Of a stretch of DNA of 25,638 nt, positions 1 to 10,312 are shown in pieces (position 1 is the first letter of the stretch; each line of letters starts with the position of its first letter). The stretch lies in contig CAVYRJ010000012.1 in NCBI GenBank assembly GCA_963770935.1, positions 1-25,638 on the forward strand. Reading direction: 5' to 3'. The position numbers and the translations under genes are program-made. Below the pieces are notes generated by a model. It did no database searches. It saw only the letters and a list, made by a program, of their open reading frames with translations, and was not told the DNA's origin. Source of the DNA: Candidatus Bathyarchaeota archaeon (GTDB taxonomy: Archaea > Thermoproteota > Bathyarchaeia > Bathyarchaeales > Bathycorpusculaceae).

Positions 1-6
1 GCATTT

Positions 7-207
7 ATGCCTGAAACACAAATTAATATCACAGAGAAGTTACAGAAAATTGGAGAAACTGCTAACGAATACAAAGATGCAATAATGAACCAATTCAAAG
101 ATATGGAAGTTGAAGTTAAAGACTGGAACTTTTCGGTTGGAAAAATGGAAGAAGAATATTCCGTTGAAGTTAAACTTAAACTTAGTATTAAGCCAAAAAA
201 AGCTTAA
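7..207 (+). CDS. small hypothetical protein (66 aa)
   Basis: Clean ATG-TAA ORF with protein-like composition, followed by pyrimidine tract CCCTTTTCTTTC (231-242). No family recognised. Confidence 0.7.
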   Translation: MPETQINITEKLQKIGETANEYKDAIMNQFKDMEVEVKDWNFSVGKMEEEYSVEVKLKLSIKPKKA

Positions 208-250
208 AATAGGATACGTTTAACTTGAATCCCTTTTCTTTCAATTTATC

Positions 251-1474
251 TTACATTATTGTTTCGTTCCAATAGTAAACTTTTGAGTAATTTCCCTGTA
301 TTGGAAATGCTGGATCATCGTATATTATATCCAAACGTAATCCGTATTTATTGATAAGAATCTGAATGTTATTATAAATTATTGGTGATTTTTCATCTGG
401 CCCCCAGAAACCCCAAATCTTGTCTGTTGGGCTTCTCAAGCCTGAGCCGTAATCTTTGGGTAAAATCACTGCTGCCTGCGCTTTTATTGTGTTTGGAGTT
501 GATTTTGTTACAACTTGACTCCAGAAGTTTTCGAGCATTTTAAAATGGGAATCAGTCATGCTGCCGAGATTAGGAAGTTGAGTTCATAGGGGTAGTCGAA
601 GATTGTAATGAATTTTGCTCCAGCGTTATATGAATTTACCATTTGATTGTAAATGTTGTCTGCTGTGTCAAGGTATGGTGGATTCGTATATTTCCAGGTT
701 ATTATTGTTCCCCAACTTTTATTCTGCAGAGTTGCAGCGCCACGAACAAGCGATATTTGCTGATTGACGCTTTCATTCCAGCCTAGTTGTGCGAACAGGT
801 TAGTGTAGCCGCCAAGGTAATCAAACCAATAAAGAGCATAATCTGATGTGAAGGTTGTAATGTTATATTTTTTTAAGTCATTGTGCCCTCTGTTGCTTTC
901 TAAAAGTTGGTCGAACCATTTGGCTTCTTCACTGTAACTATCAGGTTGTAGTTCCAGTTATGTTGGGCATTACTAGGCTGTAGCGATTATTGGCTGTAGG
1001 TGCTCGGAGGAAAAACGACGAATTGCTTCTTAAAAAATAAGCCGTCCAATTATAATCCAAAGGTATTCCTCCAACTTCATCATCGTAGTATGCGCCAAGA
1101 AATTTGTCGCCATATTTTTCTCTAGAGTCGTTGTAGAGTTGAATTTGCCAATCCCAATTTCTCCGTGTCCAAGTGCCCAAGTTCACTATAATGTTTAGTC
1201 CAGAGTTTACGGCGTAGTCGCAGATTTCCTCCACTGCCGACTGGTTTGTGCTTATTGGGTTTATGCCTGAATCTAAGATGAAGAGGTTTGTGTAGCTTTT
1301 TGTTCTGTCGATGAGAAGTTTAGCTTGCGCTGTGGTGTTGCCTCCGAAAGCGACGCCGACGTAAACGGGGTCTTTTGGCTGGTTATTGCTTTGGGAGTGT
1401 GAAACAAGTAGGGTTGCGGATGTAGTAAGCAATATTATTATTAGAATGAGTGAGAGGATGTGTACTTGTTTCAT
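251..1474 (-). CDS. N-terminally membrane-anchored/secreted hypothetical protein, split by two frameshifts (~945, ~575)
   Basis: ORFs 941..1474 (N-terminal hydrophobic helix) and 251..559 are bridged by an open third segment read manually: ...FTSDYALYWFDYLGGYTNLFAQLGWNESVNQQISLVRGAATLQNKSWGTIITWKYTNPPYL...NAGAKFITIFDYP. Together they form one ~405 aa protein with many N-x-S/T sequons. Confidence 0.75.
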
Positions 1475-1658
1475 CCCATTTAGTCTCCGTTAGTTTAATG
1501 ATTCTGATGCGTAACTTTCATCCATATGATATGGTTGATTGAATATAAGAGTTGCAATAAGAAAGCTTATTTCCCATGAGATATCTCTGGCTGCACCAAA
1601 ACAGATAAAAACTCGGCTTTGCATCCATCACAACGAACTAAGACAAGAGGATATATTC

Positions 1659-1859
1659 ATGCCATCTGAAATTACTGATGTTGAAAAATTCGTGGCCATG
1701 AGCGCCAAAGCAAAACAATGCCAAGTAAAAAGGCTCAAAGACACCGTAAAATTAAAACTTCGCACACCCAGCCAACTCTACACCCTAAAGATCGAACCAT
1801 TACGAGCAGACGAAATCATAAAGAAGCTGCAGTGCGAAATCAAAGAAGAAGAAAAATAA
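1659..1859 (+). CDS. rpl38e: large-subunit ribosomal protein eL38 (L38e)
   Basis: MPSEITDVEKF...VKLKLRTPSQLYTLKI matches the L38e pattern MPxEIxDxxxF...VKxKxRxxxxLYTL; 66 aa; GAGG RBS at 1647-1650 supports the ATG at 1659. Confidence 0.85.
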   Translation: MPSEITDVEKFVAMSAKAKQCQVKRLKDTVKLKLRTPSQLYTLKIEPLRADEIIKKLQCEIKEEEK

Positions 1860-2088
1860 GCAAAACTCTTCAGTTGCCCTTTTTATCTATAACCACCATT
1901 AAAGACAGAATAACGTTTTTAGAGACTAAATGATCTTTATTTCAAAATAGGAAGCTATCGAGTATTAACACTTTTGACCAATTCAAAGCTTAGATTTCTC
2001 GGATCAATACTCGAAAGAAATGAATTATGGTGAAGCAAACAATCAAGTGTTTGCCATGTCAAAAAAAAATTTTAAGGAAAATGAAAAA

Positions 2089-4701
2089 ATGAAGAATATT
2101 AAAACCAAAAGAAGTATTACTTTGATTGCGTTGTTTCTGATGTTACTTATTGCAGCCCCGCTTTTTGCGATTGCTAATGCTCATACTCCACCATGGACTA
2201 TCCCCACATGGACATATGTCAATGTCACCCCAAACCCTATAGGGGTCGGCCAAACGGCCAACGTAGTATTTTGGGTTGACAAAATGATGCCCACAGCATC
2301 CGGCATTGCAGGTGACAGATGGATAAACCTAAAAGTTGAAGTCACTAAACCAGACGGAACCAACGAAACACTTGGAACTTTCACATCCGATCCAGTCGGT
2401 GGCGCATGGACTTCATATACACCAACTGAAGTTGGCACATACACTTTCAAATGTACATTCCCAGGACAAGTATTAACCGGGAGCACAGGAACTGGCATAT
2501 TCAGCAATAGTGCTTTCATCAACGATACGTATCAAGGCAGCGTTGGAACCTCAACACTCACTGTACAACAAGATTCAATCCCTGGTCCGCCGAGCTATCC
2601 ACTTCCAACTGAATATTGGACGAGGCCAATAGAGGCGCAAAATACCGAATGGTACCAAATATCCTCAAACTATCTTAAACCTCTAGGAGCTGCCTACACT
2701 TACGGTGCAGAACGTTTACAACCAGAAGGCACATCCCCTAACAGTCCTCACATAATGTGGACAAAACCAATTCAAGACGGCGGAATCGTTGGAGGCAACA
2801 TAACATTACCGGGCGTCAATTACTACACCGGACTCTCATACGAAACCAAATTCAACAGTCCTATAATAATGAACGGAAGGCTCTATTACGGTCTACCACG
2901 AAGCAATAACGGAGCAGGCGGAGGATATGTCGCCGTAGATTTACGTAGCGGCAAAACATTGTGGTGGCAGAACTACACCGTCAACCCATCGTTCGGTCAA
3001 CTTTACTATTATGAGTCTTTCAACCAGCACGGCGTAATTCCAGATGGTTACTTATGGGCAACTCAAGGCACTACATGGATGGCTTACAATGGTCTTGATG
3101 GAAACTGGTTATTTAACTTAACAAGCGTTCCTTCAGCAACAACTGGCGCCTCTTACGCTGCATTCACAGCTCAGACATATGGTCCACATGGAGAAATATT
3201 GCTATATGTATTGAACTATGATACAACAACACGCGCTGGATGGCTAGGTCTATGGAACAACACATGCGAACAGCAAGGTTTACACGGAGCATTAGGAACG
3301 GGCAGCGCAGCTTACCAGTGGAGACCCGTAGGCAAAGTTGTAAACATGAGCAGAGCATATTCATGGAATGTTACTATACCAGTTTTGCCAAACGTCGGTG
3401 GCTCACCAACAGTTAGATACATAATCGAAAACGACATGTTGCTTGGAAGCTTCGGACAGCCAGGAGTCGATTTAAGAACAGACAACGATGGACGCAACCC
3501 AGGATGCACAGTATTCGCAATCAGCCTAAAACCAACATCGAGAGGACAACTATTATGGATTAAAGACTACCCAGCTCCACTTGGTAACTTAACTAGATCA
3601 TTTGAAGCAGTTGATCCAGTAAACCGCGTTTTTACAATGAGCGATAAAGAAACTCAGCAGTGGACGGGTTATAGCATGGACGATGGCTCCCTACTTTGGG
3701 GTCCCCTTGGAAATACACGCGCCCTTAACTTCTATGCAACTGTTGGTAGCGGTGGAGTCAGCAACGTAGGATTCGTCGCGTATGGCAATCTTTACGTAGA
3801 TGGCTACGGTGGAGAACTCTTTTGCTATTCAACCAAGACAGGCGAACTCCTATGGAAATACAACAATACCCAAAGCGGCTCAAATACGCCCTGGGGTCTT
3901 TACCCGATCTTCACCGGCAGTATCTGCGAAGGCAAAATCTACGTCTTTTCCAACGAACACTCGCCAAACGTACCGCTATACAAGGATGAACAAGTACGCT
4001 GCATCAACGCTACCACTGGAGAAGAAATATGGACTATGAACGGATGGGCTGGCGTAGGAGGCTTCGCTGATTGGGGCTGGCCTACTGCTGACGGATTCAT
4101 AACTTACCTCAACTCATACGACATGCAACTATATACCCTTGGTAAAGGTCCAAGCGCTACCACAGTAGAGGCACCAATGAACGCTGCAACAGAAGGATCA
4201 AGTGTAGTAATCCGCGGAACTGTCACAGATACAGCTGCAGGAACATTGCAGGAAGAGCAGAAAGCACGCTTCCCACGTGGCGTCCCCGCTGTCTCAGACG
4301 ATAGCATGAGCGATTGGATGGAGTACGTATATATGCAAAAACCCCGTCCCACAAACGTAATCGGTGTTGAAGTAACCATAGACGTCCTGGATTCCAATGG
4401 CAACTACCGAAACATAGGCAAAACAACCAGCGATGCAAACGGCTTCTACAGCTTCCAATGGACACCAGACATATCAGGAAAGTACACAGTAGTCGCAACA
4501 TTCCAAGGCTCTGAATCATACTGGCCATCACAAGCAGAAACCGCTTTCGCTGTCGATGAAGCTCCTCTACAGCCGACACAGCCACCAGCAACAGCTTTGC
4601 CTCCGACTGAAATGTACATCTTAGGCGCAGCTGCGGCAATAATTGTAGCAATAGCCTTAGTCGGCATTGTACTAGCGTTGATGATCAGAAAACGACAATA
4701 A
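2089..4701 (+). CDS. secreted PQQ-binding-like beta-propeller repeat protein with Ig-like domains and C-terminal membrane anchor
   Basis: Signal peptide (MKNIKTKRSITLIALFLMLLIAAPLFAIANA); propeller motifs AVDLRSGKTLW, CYSTKTGELLW, CINATTGEEIW; Pro/Thr linker, TM helix and RKRQ tail. Start could be upstream (2020 or 2056). Confidence 0.85.
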   Translation: MKNIKTKRSITLIALFLMLLIAAPLFAIANAHTPPWTIPTWTYVNVTPNPIGVGQTANVVFWVDKMMPTASGIAGDRWINLKVEVTKPDGTNETLGTFTSDPVGGAWTSYTPTEVGTYTFKCTFPGQVLTGSTGTGIFSNSAFINDTYQGSVGTSTLTVQQDSIPGPPSYPLPTEYWTRPIEAQNTEWYQISSNYLKPLGAAYTYGAERLQPEGTSPNSPHIMWTKPIQDGGIVGGNITLPGVNYYTGLSYETKFNSPIIMNGRLYYGLPRSNNGAGGGYVAVDLRSGKTLWWQNYTVNPSFGQLYYYESFNQHGVIPDGYLWATQGTTWMAYNGLDGNWLFNLTSVPSATTGASYAAFTAQTYGPHGEILLYVLNYDTTTRAGWLGLWNNTCEQQGLHGALGTGSAAYQWRPVGKVVNMSRAYSWNVTIPVLPNVGGSPTVRYIIENDMLLGSFGQPGVDLRTDNDGRNPGCTVFAISLKPTSRGQLLWIKDYPAPLGNLTRSFEAVDPVNRVFTMSDKETQQWTGYSMDDGSLLWGPLGNTRALNFYATVGSGGVSNVGFVAYGNLYVDGYGGELFCYSTKTGELLWKYNNTQSGSNTPWGLYPIFTGSICEGKIYVFSNEHSPNVPLYKDEQVRCINATTGEEIWTMNGWAGVGGFADWGWPTADGFITYLNSYDMQLYTLGKGPSATTVEAPMNAATEGSSVVIRGTVTDTAAGTLQEEQKARFPRGVPAVSDDSMSDWMEYVYMQKPRPTNVIGVEVTIDVLDSNGNYRNIGKTTSDANGFYSFQWTPDISGKYTVVATFQGSESYWPSQAETAFAVDEAPLQPTQPPATALPPTEMYILGAAAAIIVAIALVGIVLALMIRKRQ

Positions 4702-4719
4702 ACCAACAAACCAAAACAT

Positions 4720-4733
4720 CCTTCCCTTTTTTT
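4720..4733 (+). terminator. archaeal oligo-T terminator
   Basis: CCTTCCCTTTTTTT about 20 nt after the stop at 4701. Confidence 0.6.
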
Positions 4734-4927
4734 GAAGATGATTATCCTAACAAGAGCGACTTTCTACATCCTGACGAATAATCCTCAAATCAAACCGAAA
4801 GAACGAAAAATGGAAGTTGATCACTTGAGGCATTCGGAGATAGTAAATAGCTTCAACTGTAATTTTAGCCTTTATCACGATTAAAATTTAGACTAACTTC
4901 AAAAGGTGAAAGTATTATTCCCGTTTT

Positions 4928-4956
4928 GTATACAAAAGCATCACCAAAACCCACTT
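4928..4956 (-). repeat. dispersed repeat A, copy 1
   Basis: Plus strand GTATACAAAAGCATCACCAAAACCCACTT; exact reverse complement of core GATGCTTTTGTATAC at 4928-4942. Confidence 0.9.
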
Positions 4957-4995
4957 AGTTACCTTTCAAATGTTTTGAAAAACAAGCCAAATTAA

Positions 4996-5027
4996 CGAAA
5001 TTTTGCGAACCTTATATATACATATCA
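4996..5027 (+). promoter_or_regulatory. repeat B copy 1, extended BRE-TATA-like motif
   Basis: CGAAATTTTGCGAACCTTATATATACATATCA; aligns without gaps to 12417-12448(-) and 14156-14187(-). Confidence 0.7.
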
Positions 5028-5695
5028 ACGCCAAAAGCAGCAATTAAAAATTATGCTCTCACTCTCTTTGAGACTTCAAACTTGAAAAAAATAATTTCTA
5101 AAAAATAACCTCACTGCAGAAGAAACAAATACAAGTTGGCGACTAAAAAAACCTTGAAATACACTTTTAGGCACTTGACTGAAAAATACAACTACGAAAA
5201 TGAGTAAGGTTGCCATAAAAATTGTTATTAAAACAGCGTTTGACCGTATTTTGGATTCTTAGGCGACTGCAGGGTTGCTAAAGATCTGTTTTTTTAGAGG
5301 GATTAATGCACAGTTTGGGTAGTTACCTTGAATTTTGTTTGCTTTTACCCTGTCTAAAAGCTTTCTTTTCCACAGCTGATCGCGATTTATCCAGAGAAAT
5401 TGCTCAATAAAGACCTGAGGGGCTTTTTGCTTAACCGAAAAACAACCGAACGTTCATTTTTTACATTAAAAAGTTAAAAACGCTGCTGTATCTTTGATTG
5501 AAGTAGCAAAAAACAGTTCAATTTACCATAGTTTATTTGTTTTTGGAAGCTACGGGCAACGAAGAAAAGCGAGTTTTCATTTTTCTTAAAAATAAGGGAA
5601 AGGTTATTTCCTCAGACAGGGATAGATTTTCACACAATCGATAGAAATGGGTGAATACAGATAACTTTGAGAATGGCTGAATTGGACAGCGGGTT

Positions 5696-5729
5696 TGCAA
5701 AAGTGTGTTTAGTTGATGCTTTTGTATAC
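5696..5729 (+). repeat. dispersed repeat A, copy 2
   Basis: TGCAAAAGTGTGTTTAGTTGATGCTTTTGTATAC; exact core at 5715-5729. Confidence 0.9.
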
Positions 5730-5817
5730 GGCAGGCCAAGTCTCAACTTAATCGGTGAAGGATTGCTAATTTTCCTGTTTTTTGCATCAAGTCTATCAAC
5801 ATTGCAGGGGATTTGCC

Positions 5818-6525
5818 TTGAGTGTTGAGCGAAATCTGTTAATTTCGCTGCTAAAACTAACTAAAGAAGGACCCAGTTTAATTGAAACTGTCAATAAAGA
5901 CGCAAGGATCCCATCGTCTGTTTGTTGTCAGTTGCTGGAAAAAATGCAAAACGAAGACCTTGTTTATTTGAAAGGCGACAGAATTGAAGTGACCAGCACA
6001 AGCCGCCTCAAACTCGCCGTAAAAGCCGCCTACTTGGGCGCTGACATCCAAAACATAAGCCATCTCCTCTGTTGGCAAGAATTTGAAGAAATCACGGCAA
6101 TAGCACTCAAAACCAACGGCTATAAAGTCTACAATAATGTGCGATTCAAACATGGCGGCCGAAGATACGAGGTTGATGTGGTTGGCTGCAGGAAACCCTC
6201 GGTTGTTTGTATTGATTGCAAACGCTGGCAACATGTAATTGCACCATCTGCACTTAAAAAAATAGTGGAAGAGCAAGCCCAAAGAACCCATGCGTTAGCA
6301 GATACGTTGCCAAACGCAAAATTGAGCTTAGAATGCACAAAATGGGAAAAAGCAAAATTCATTCCAGCTGTTCTATCTCTTATTCCTGGAGCTTACAAAT
6401 TCTATTATGAGGTTCCAGTTGTGTCTGTGCTTCAACTCCAGGATTTCATAAGCCAATTACCGTTATATGTGGAAACGCTAAAGTTTTTTCCGAAGATATT
6501 TAATATGTTAAGTAGCGATTTTTAG
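5818..6525 (+). CDS. winged-helix + PD-(D/E)XK nuclease (Mrr-like restriction endonuclease/NERD-like domain)
   Basis: WQEFEE...GYKV...EVDVVG...IDCKRW is an Mrr-cat/NERD-type signature; the N-terminal ~70 aa resemble a wHTH; TTG start at 5818 follows GGGG. Overlaps the convergent permease by 18 nt. Confidence 0.75.
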   Translation: MSVERNLLISLLKLTKEGPSLIETVNKDARIPSSVCCQLLEKMQNEDLVYLKGDRIEVTSTSRLKLAVKAAYLGADIQNISHLLCWQEFEEITAIALKTNGYKVYNNVRFKHGGRRYEVDVVGCRKPSVVCIDCKRWQHVIAPSALKKIVEEQAQRTHALADTLPNAKLSLECTKWEKAKFIPAVLSLIPGAYKFYYEVPVVSVLQLQDFISQLPLYVETLKFFPKIFNMLSSDF

Positions 6526-8380
6526 TATACCTGTTTTTGAGAGTTTAATTGCTGGGTAGAGGCTCAAGAGGAACATAATTAATAGTGCTGAAATGAACCA
6601 AGCCACTATCACAGCTATGGTGGTGCTTGTTACTATGGGATTAGTCATTAGAATCATCATTGTTGTGATTACTCCAAAGGAGATGCCGACACCGAAGCTG
6701 GATAAAAGCACGATTGCACTCTGAATTGCGGAGATATTCACGATGAGTTTTGGTCTTGCTCCAACCGCTCGCAGCATAGCGAATTCTTGCCGCTGCTCAT
6801 CGATGGATAGCATCATGTAGCTAACAAGACATAGTGCAGCTGAAATCAAAGTAAATAACGGTATAAACAGTATTGTTTGCCACGTTTCCCGTAAAAATGC
6901 CGTATTGTCAGCTATCGTTTGAGTGAGGTCAAAAACTTCCAGATCCGAATCAACTGCCTTAACCGTTTTTCGTATTTCATCGATGGCGATGCTGCGGTCG
7001 ACTGAATCATCAAGCGTTACCAATAGCAAGTTCGAATCGGTTAAGTCGGTTGCATTCATCAATTTATCGATGGGCACATAGGTGACATAGCCGTTGTTTA
7101 TGGGATCAACACAAACACCTACGATGCGCAAATTTTACCTCTTTAATTTCGATGCCTTGAACCAGTGGATCTGATAAGTTGATGTATTGGCTTTCGTCCG
7201 GTGAATACATGGTTTGAGAGATTGAATCGCCAATTATTGCTTCCAAAGAGTCGGTTTCACTTAGGCTTCTTCCTTTATTTGAAAAGTCCGCCGCCATTTC
7301 TCGCGGGTCTAAACCGATCACTAAGACCGTTTCTTCTCTATCGCCACCAACCCATGTCTCCCTACCATTAATTATGGTCCAGTTTTTGATTTCTTTCACA
7401 TTTTCGTACAAAACAAGCCGCGAATCAAATGAAGCTATACATGGCAATGCATTTAATTGGTCTTCAACAGAGGCTGAAATGCCTATTTTTGTGTCTGAAT
7501 AGTTAAAGTCGCTGGTGTCCTGAGTTCCTGTAAATTTGGATAACAACAATTTGTACTGGTTACCCATGCTTCCATATGCTATGGCTATGGTGCCGCTGTT
7601 AGCGGTTTTTTGTACCCACGACATTGTTGTGTCTTCGGCGATGATGCCTCCTGCAACCGAAACAGTAAGCAAAACAAAAACAATCGAGAGCAAAATAACG
7701 ATGCGAACCGTTGGAGATATACGTCGAACCATGCTTCTTGAAGCGATACGCCATGTTAACGCGGTTTGTGACAGTGCCTTATGCTTGCCAGTTATGATTA
7801 AACCGTAATAATTAACAGGAGAAAGTGCCTCTATCGCTGACAATTTTGCTGCTTTAAGGATGGGATGTAGACCAAAAAATAGAGCCAACAAGAAAAAAAT
7901 AACAAAAACTATGGGTGCAAACCACCAATTGATCAACTGATAACCTCCGAAAACTGCGTTAGCTGTAACAAAATCTGCAAAAAAACCAAAGACTAAGCCT
8001 AAACCACAGCTGACAAACGTTACTAATATTAGCTCAGTCATGAAGTATCCGCCGACTAGACTGTTTGGGCACCCAACGGCTTTAATCAAACCGAAATCAC
8101 GGGTTCGTTGTGCCATCATTAAAAGAACGATAAACGACGTCAAGACTGCGCCGACTACAAAGACTAAGGCGCCTATGAAGGTTATGAATTGGCTAAAGAC
8201 AGCACTTAAGCCTATAGTAAACGAGCCCATAGATGAGGATAAACCGACACCTAAGCGACTGCTAAATAGCAAAAGAAACAATGTTGAGCCAACACTTAAG
8301 GTCAGCGTAGTGATGGCTAAGCTTGTTTGAAGCCGCCTCCGCAGTAAATCGTTGACGGGAAAACCTACACCACTACTCAT
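6508..8380 (-). CDS. ABC transporter permease, FtsX/MacB family, two permease domains (frameshift near 7130)
   Basis: Two FtsX motifs, QRTRDFGLIKAVG and EQRQEFAMLRAVGA, and multiple TM helices; ORFs 7106..8380 and 6508..7131 join as ...VKF/RIVGVC. Confidence 0.85.
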
Positions 8381-9074
8381 TTTCAGTCGCCAATCTGCCG
8401 TCTTTTAAGTAAAAAACTTGGTCTGCGAGCTCACGGATTTGCCGGTCATGGGTGGAAACAATAACTGTTTTTCCTTTCCCCTTAAGCAGCTGCAACACCT
8501 GAAGGATTTTTTCAGCATTTTTTGTATCCAAGTTGCCTGTTGGTTCATCAGCCAAAATCAACTCTGGATCATTAGCTAAAGCACGTGCAAAAGCAACGCG
8601 TTGCTGTTCTCCTCCGCTTAGCTGCGAAGGAAAATGATTTTCCCGGTGCTCTAAACCCACAGTTTTTATCAGTTCAATAACGCGTTTTTCGACTTCTTGA
8701 GACGGCTTTCGAAGCCACTCCATTGGGAAAGCAACATTTTCAGCTACCGTTAATGTGGAAACGAGGTTGTAGGCTTGGAAGATAAAGCCGATGTTGTTGC
8801 AGCGGAAATCTGAGAGAAAATCCTCATCTTTCTCGGTTAAATCTTGGTCGGCGACTATTATTTGTCCTTTAGTCGGCCGGTCAATGCCGCTGATAATGTT
8901 TAGTAAAGTCGTTTTTCCTGAACCCGACGGACCGCATAAAACGACGAATTTTGCTTTGGGAATCTCTATGCTTATGTCTTTTAGAACCTCAACTTTGCCA
9001 GTTGCCGACTTGATAGGTTTTTTCTAAGTTGCTTTAGTAATTACCATAAAGTCATCTTTTTCTTTCTCAGGCAT
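8373..9074 (-). CDS. ABC transporter ATP-binding protein, LolD/MacB type (5' end disturbed by indels)
   Basis: Walker [10 protein letters not shown] upstream of and in frame with ORF 8373..8723; signature LSGGEQQR, Walker [13 protein letters not shown]-loop. ATG at 9074; an apparent TAG at 9024-9026 lies in a locally frameshifted patch. Confidence 0.88.
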
Positions 9075-9199
9075 TGAACATTACCTATAGTGTAGTTTAG
9101 CTTGAGGTTCCTTTAGTAATAATAAGCTTTGAGGTACAATCCTTTACGTATGCTACTGTGGGTAGCATGTATCGATGTTTAAGTTGCCCCGGTCCCGTT

Positions 9200-9589
9200 T
9201 TAGAATCCGAACTTTTCAGGAAGCTTGTCTTTTTCCCAATCGGTCCAGCTGATCTCTTTAAACAGCCACCGCTTGCCCAAGTGCGCGGCTACGACAGCGT
9301 GTTTGTTTTCGTTGCCTGAGGGAATGAATTGGTCAAGAAAACGGAAGAGTTTGTCGATTTGCTGTTTGGGAAAGTAGGCGTAGTAGCTGGCGTTTTTCAC
9401 TTCAAAGGCGTAGACGTGTTTGCCTTTTCGCGCCATTATGTCTGGGAGGGGGTTGAGGCTGGGGTTGCTGACGGGGACGCGGACGGCGTTGTAGCCTTTT
9501 TTCTGCAGGAGTTTAACCAGGACGGTTTCGCTGTAGAAGCCTCTTTTGCGCCAACGCCTAAGTTTGATTCGGTCAATTTCGGTGGTCAA
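9200..9589 (-). CDS. hjc: archaeal Holliday junction resolvase (Hjc/Hje-like PD-(D/E)XK nuclease)
   Basis: RKRGFYSE..LVKLL.KKGYNAVRVPVS...LPDIMARKG....FEVK matches the Hjc motif order; GAGGGG RBS before TTG at 9589. The C-terminus may extend to the stop at 9153 if an A is missing near 9213. Confidence 0.7.
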   Translation of the reverse strand: MTTEIDRIKLRRWRKRGFYSETVLVKLLQKKGYNAVRVPVSNPSLNPLPDIMARKGKHVYAFEVKNASYYAYFPKQQIDKLFRFLDQFIPSGNENKHAVVAAHLGKRWLFKEISWTDWEKDKLPEKFGF

Positions 9590-9655
9590 CAGTTTCCCCT
9601 CTTGAATGCTTGTATCTATGGGGTTCTTGAGATAAAAATTGTTCCTCTGGAGCAC

Positions 9656-9689
9656 TGCAAAACTGTGTTTGGGGGATGCTTCTGTATAC
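9656..9689 (+). repeat. dispersed repeat A, copy 3
   Basis: TGCAAAACTGTGTTTGGGGGATGCTTCTGTATAC; core with one mismatch at 9675-9689. Confidence 0.88.
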
Positions 9690-10312
9690 TCTGAGTTGAG
9701 GCAGGTGAGGCTGGAGTGGATTGGTGACGGATAAAACTTTGAGTATTACTGGCATAACCATAATCACTGATCAGGGTCTCACAGACATTCATCGATGAAA
9801 AATATCGCCCGATTAGACTACACTAAGCACTTGAAAAGTCACCGCCAACTCCAAAAGACCCCAAAACAGGTTCCCTAAGAGACCAAAATTTCACCAATAA
9901 ACTCCATCATAAACACCAAAATACCATTTTTTACAGGCAACAGGAGCATTCAGTACCAGCACTCTTACCGAGCAAAAACCAAAATTTTTCCTCAGCAAAG
10001 TAACCACAAAGCATTGAGCCAGAGCCAAAACCCTGATCAAAAGTTTTACCCGCCCAAAGCTCCTCCAATAGATAATCAAATTAAAAAAATAAAAAAGACA
10101 ATATTTGTGCATGTGAAAATTTTTACTCAAAATCACCAAAGTTTGCTAAATCATGAAAAAATAGCACCTTAGACCTCGAAGGCAAATCGAAAAAACAGCC
10201 TTTTGCTTCGCATGGAGATTTTCGGAGGTACTTATATGAGGCTCTGGTAATGTCCATGCCAGTTGATTAGGGGTAAGGTGATAAAGGCAAAATTGAGGGT
10301 TATTAGTCATTT

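Larger units (their letters stand above)
4928..5729. mobile_element. candidate MITE-like segment (802 bp) bounded by 29 bp imperfect inverted repeats
   Basis: Repeat A copies 1 and 2 are inverted, 26/29 identical, and enclose no credible gene. No target-site duplication or transposase seen. Confidence 0.3.

Noticed and set aside
9024-9026. In-frame TAG at codon 17 of the ABC ATPase suggesting amber/pyrrolysine readthrough
   Set aside because: Shifted frames give the canonical [18 protein letters not shown], so three compensating +1 insertions in A runs explain it. TAG is also the normal stop of several genes here (6525, 17134, 17708).
9150-9168. Hairpin ATGCTAC-N5-GTAGCAT between hjc and the ATPase
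   Set aside because: 7 bp stem with no U tract; may lie within the true hjc 3' end. Insufficient to call.
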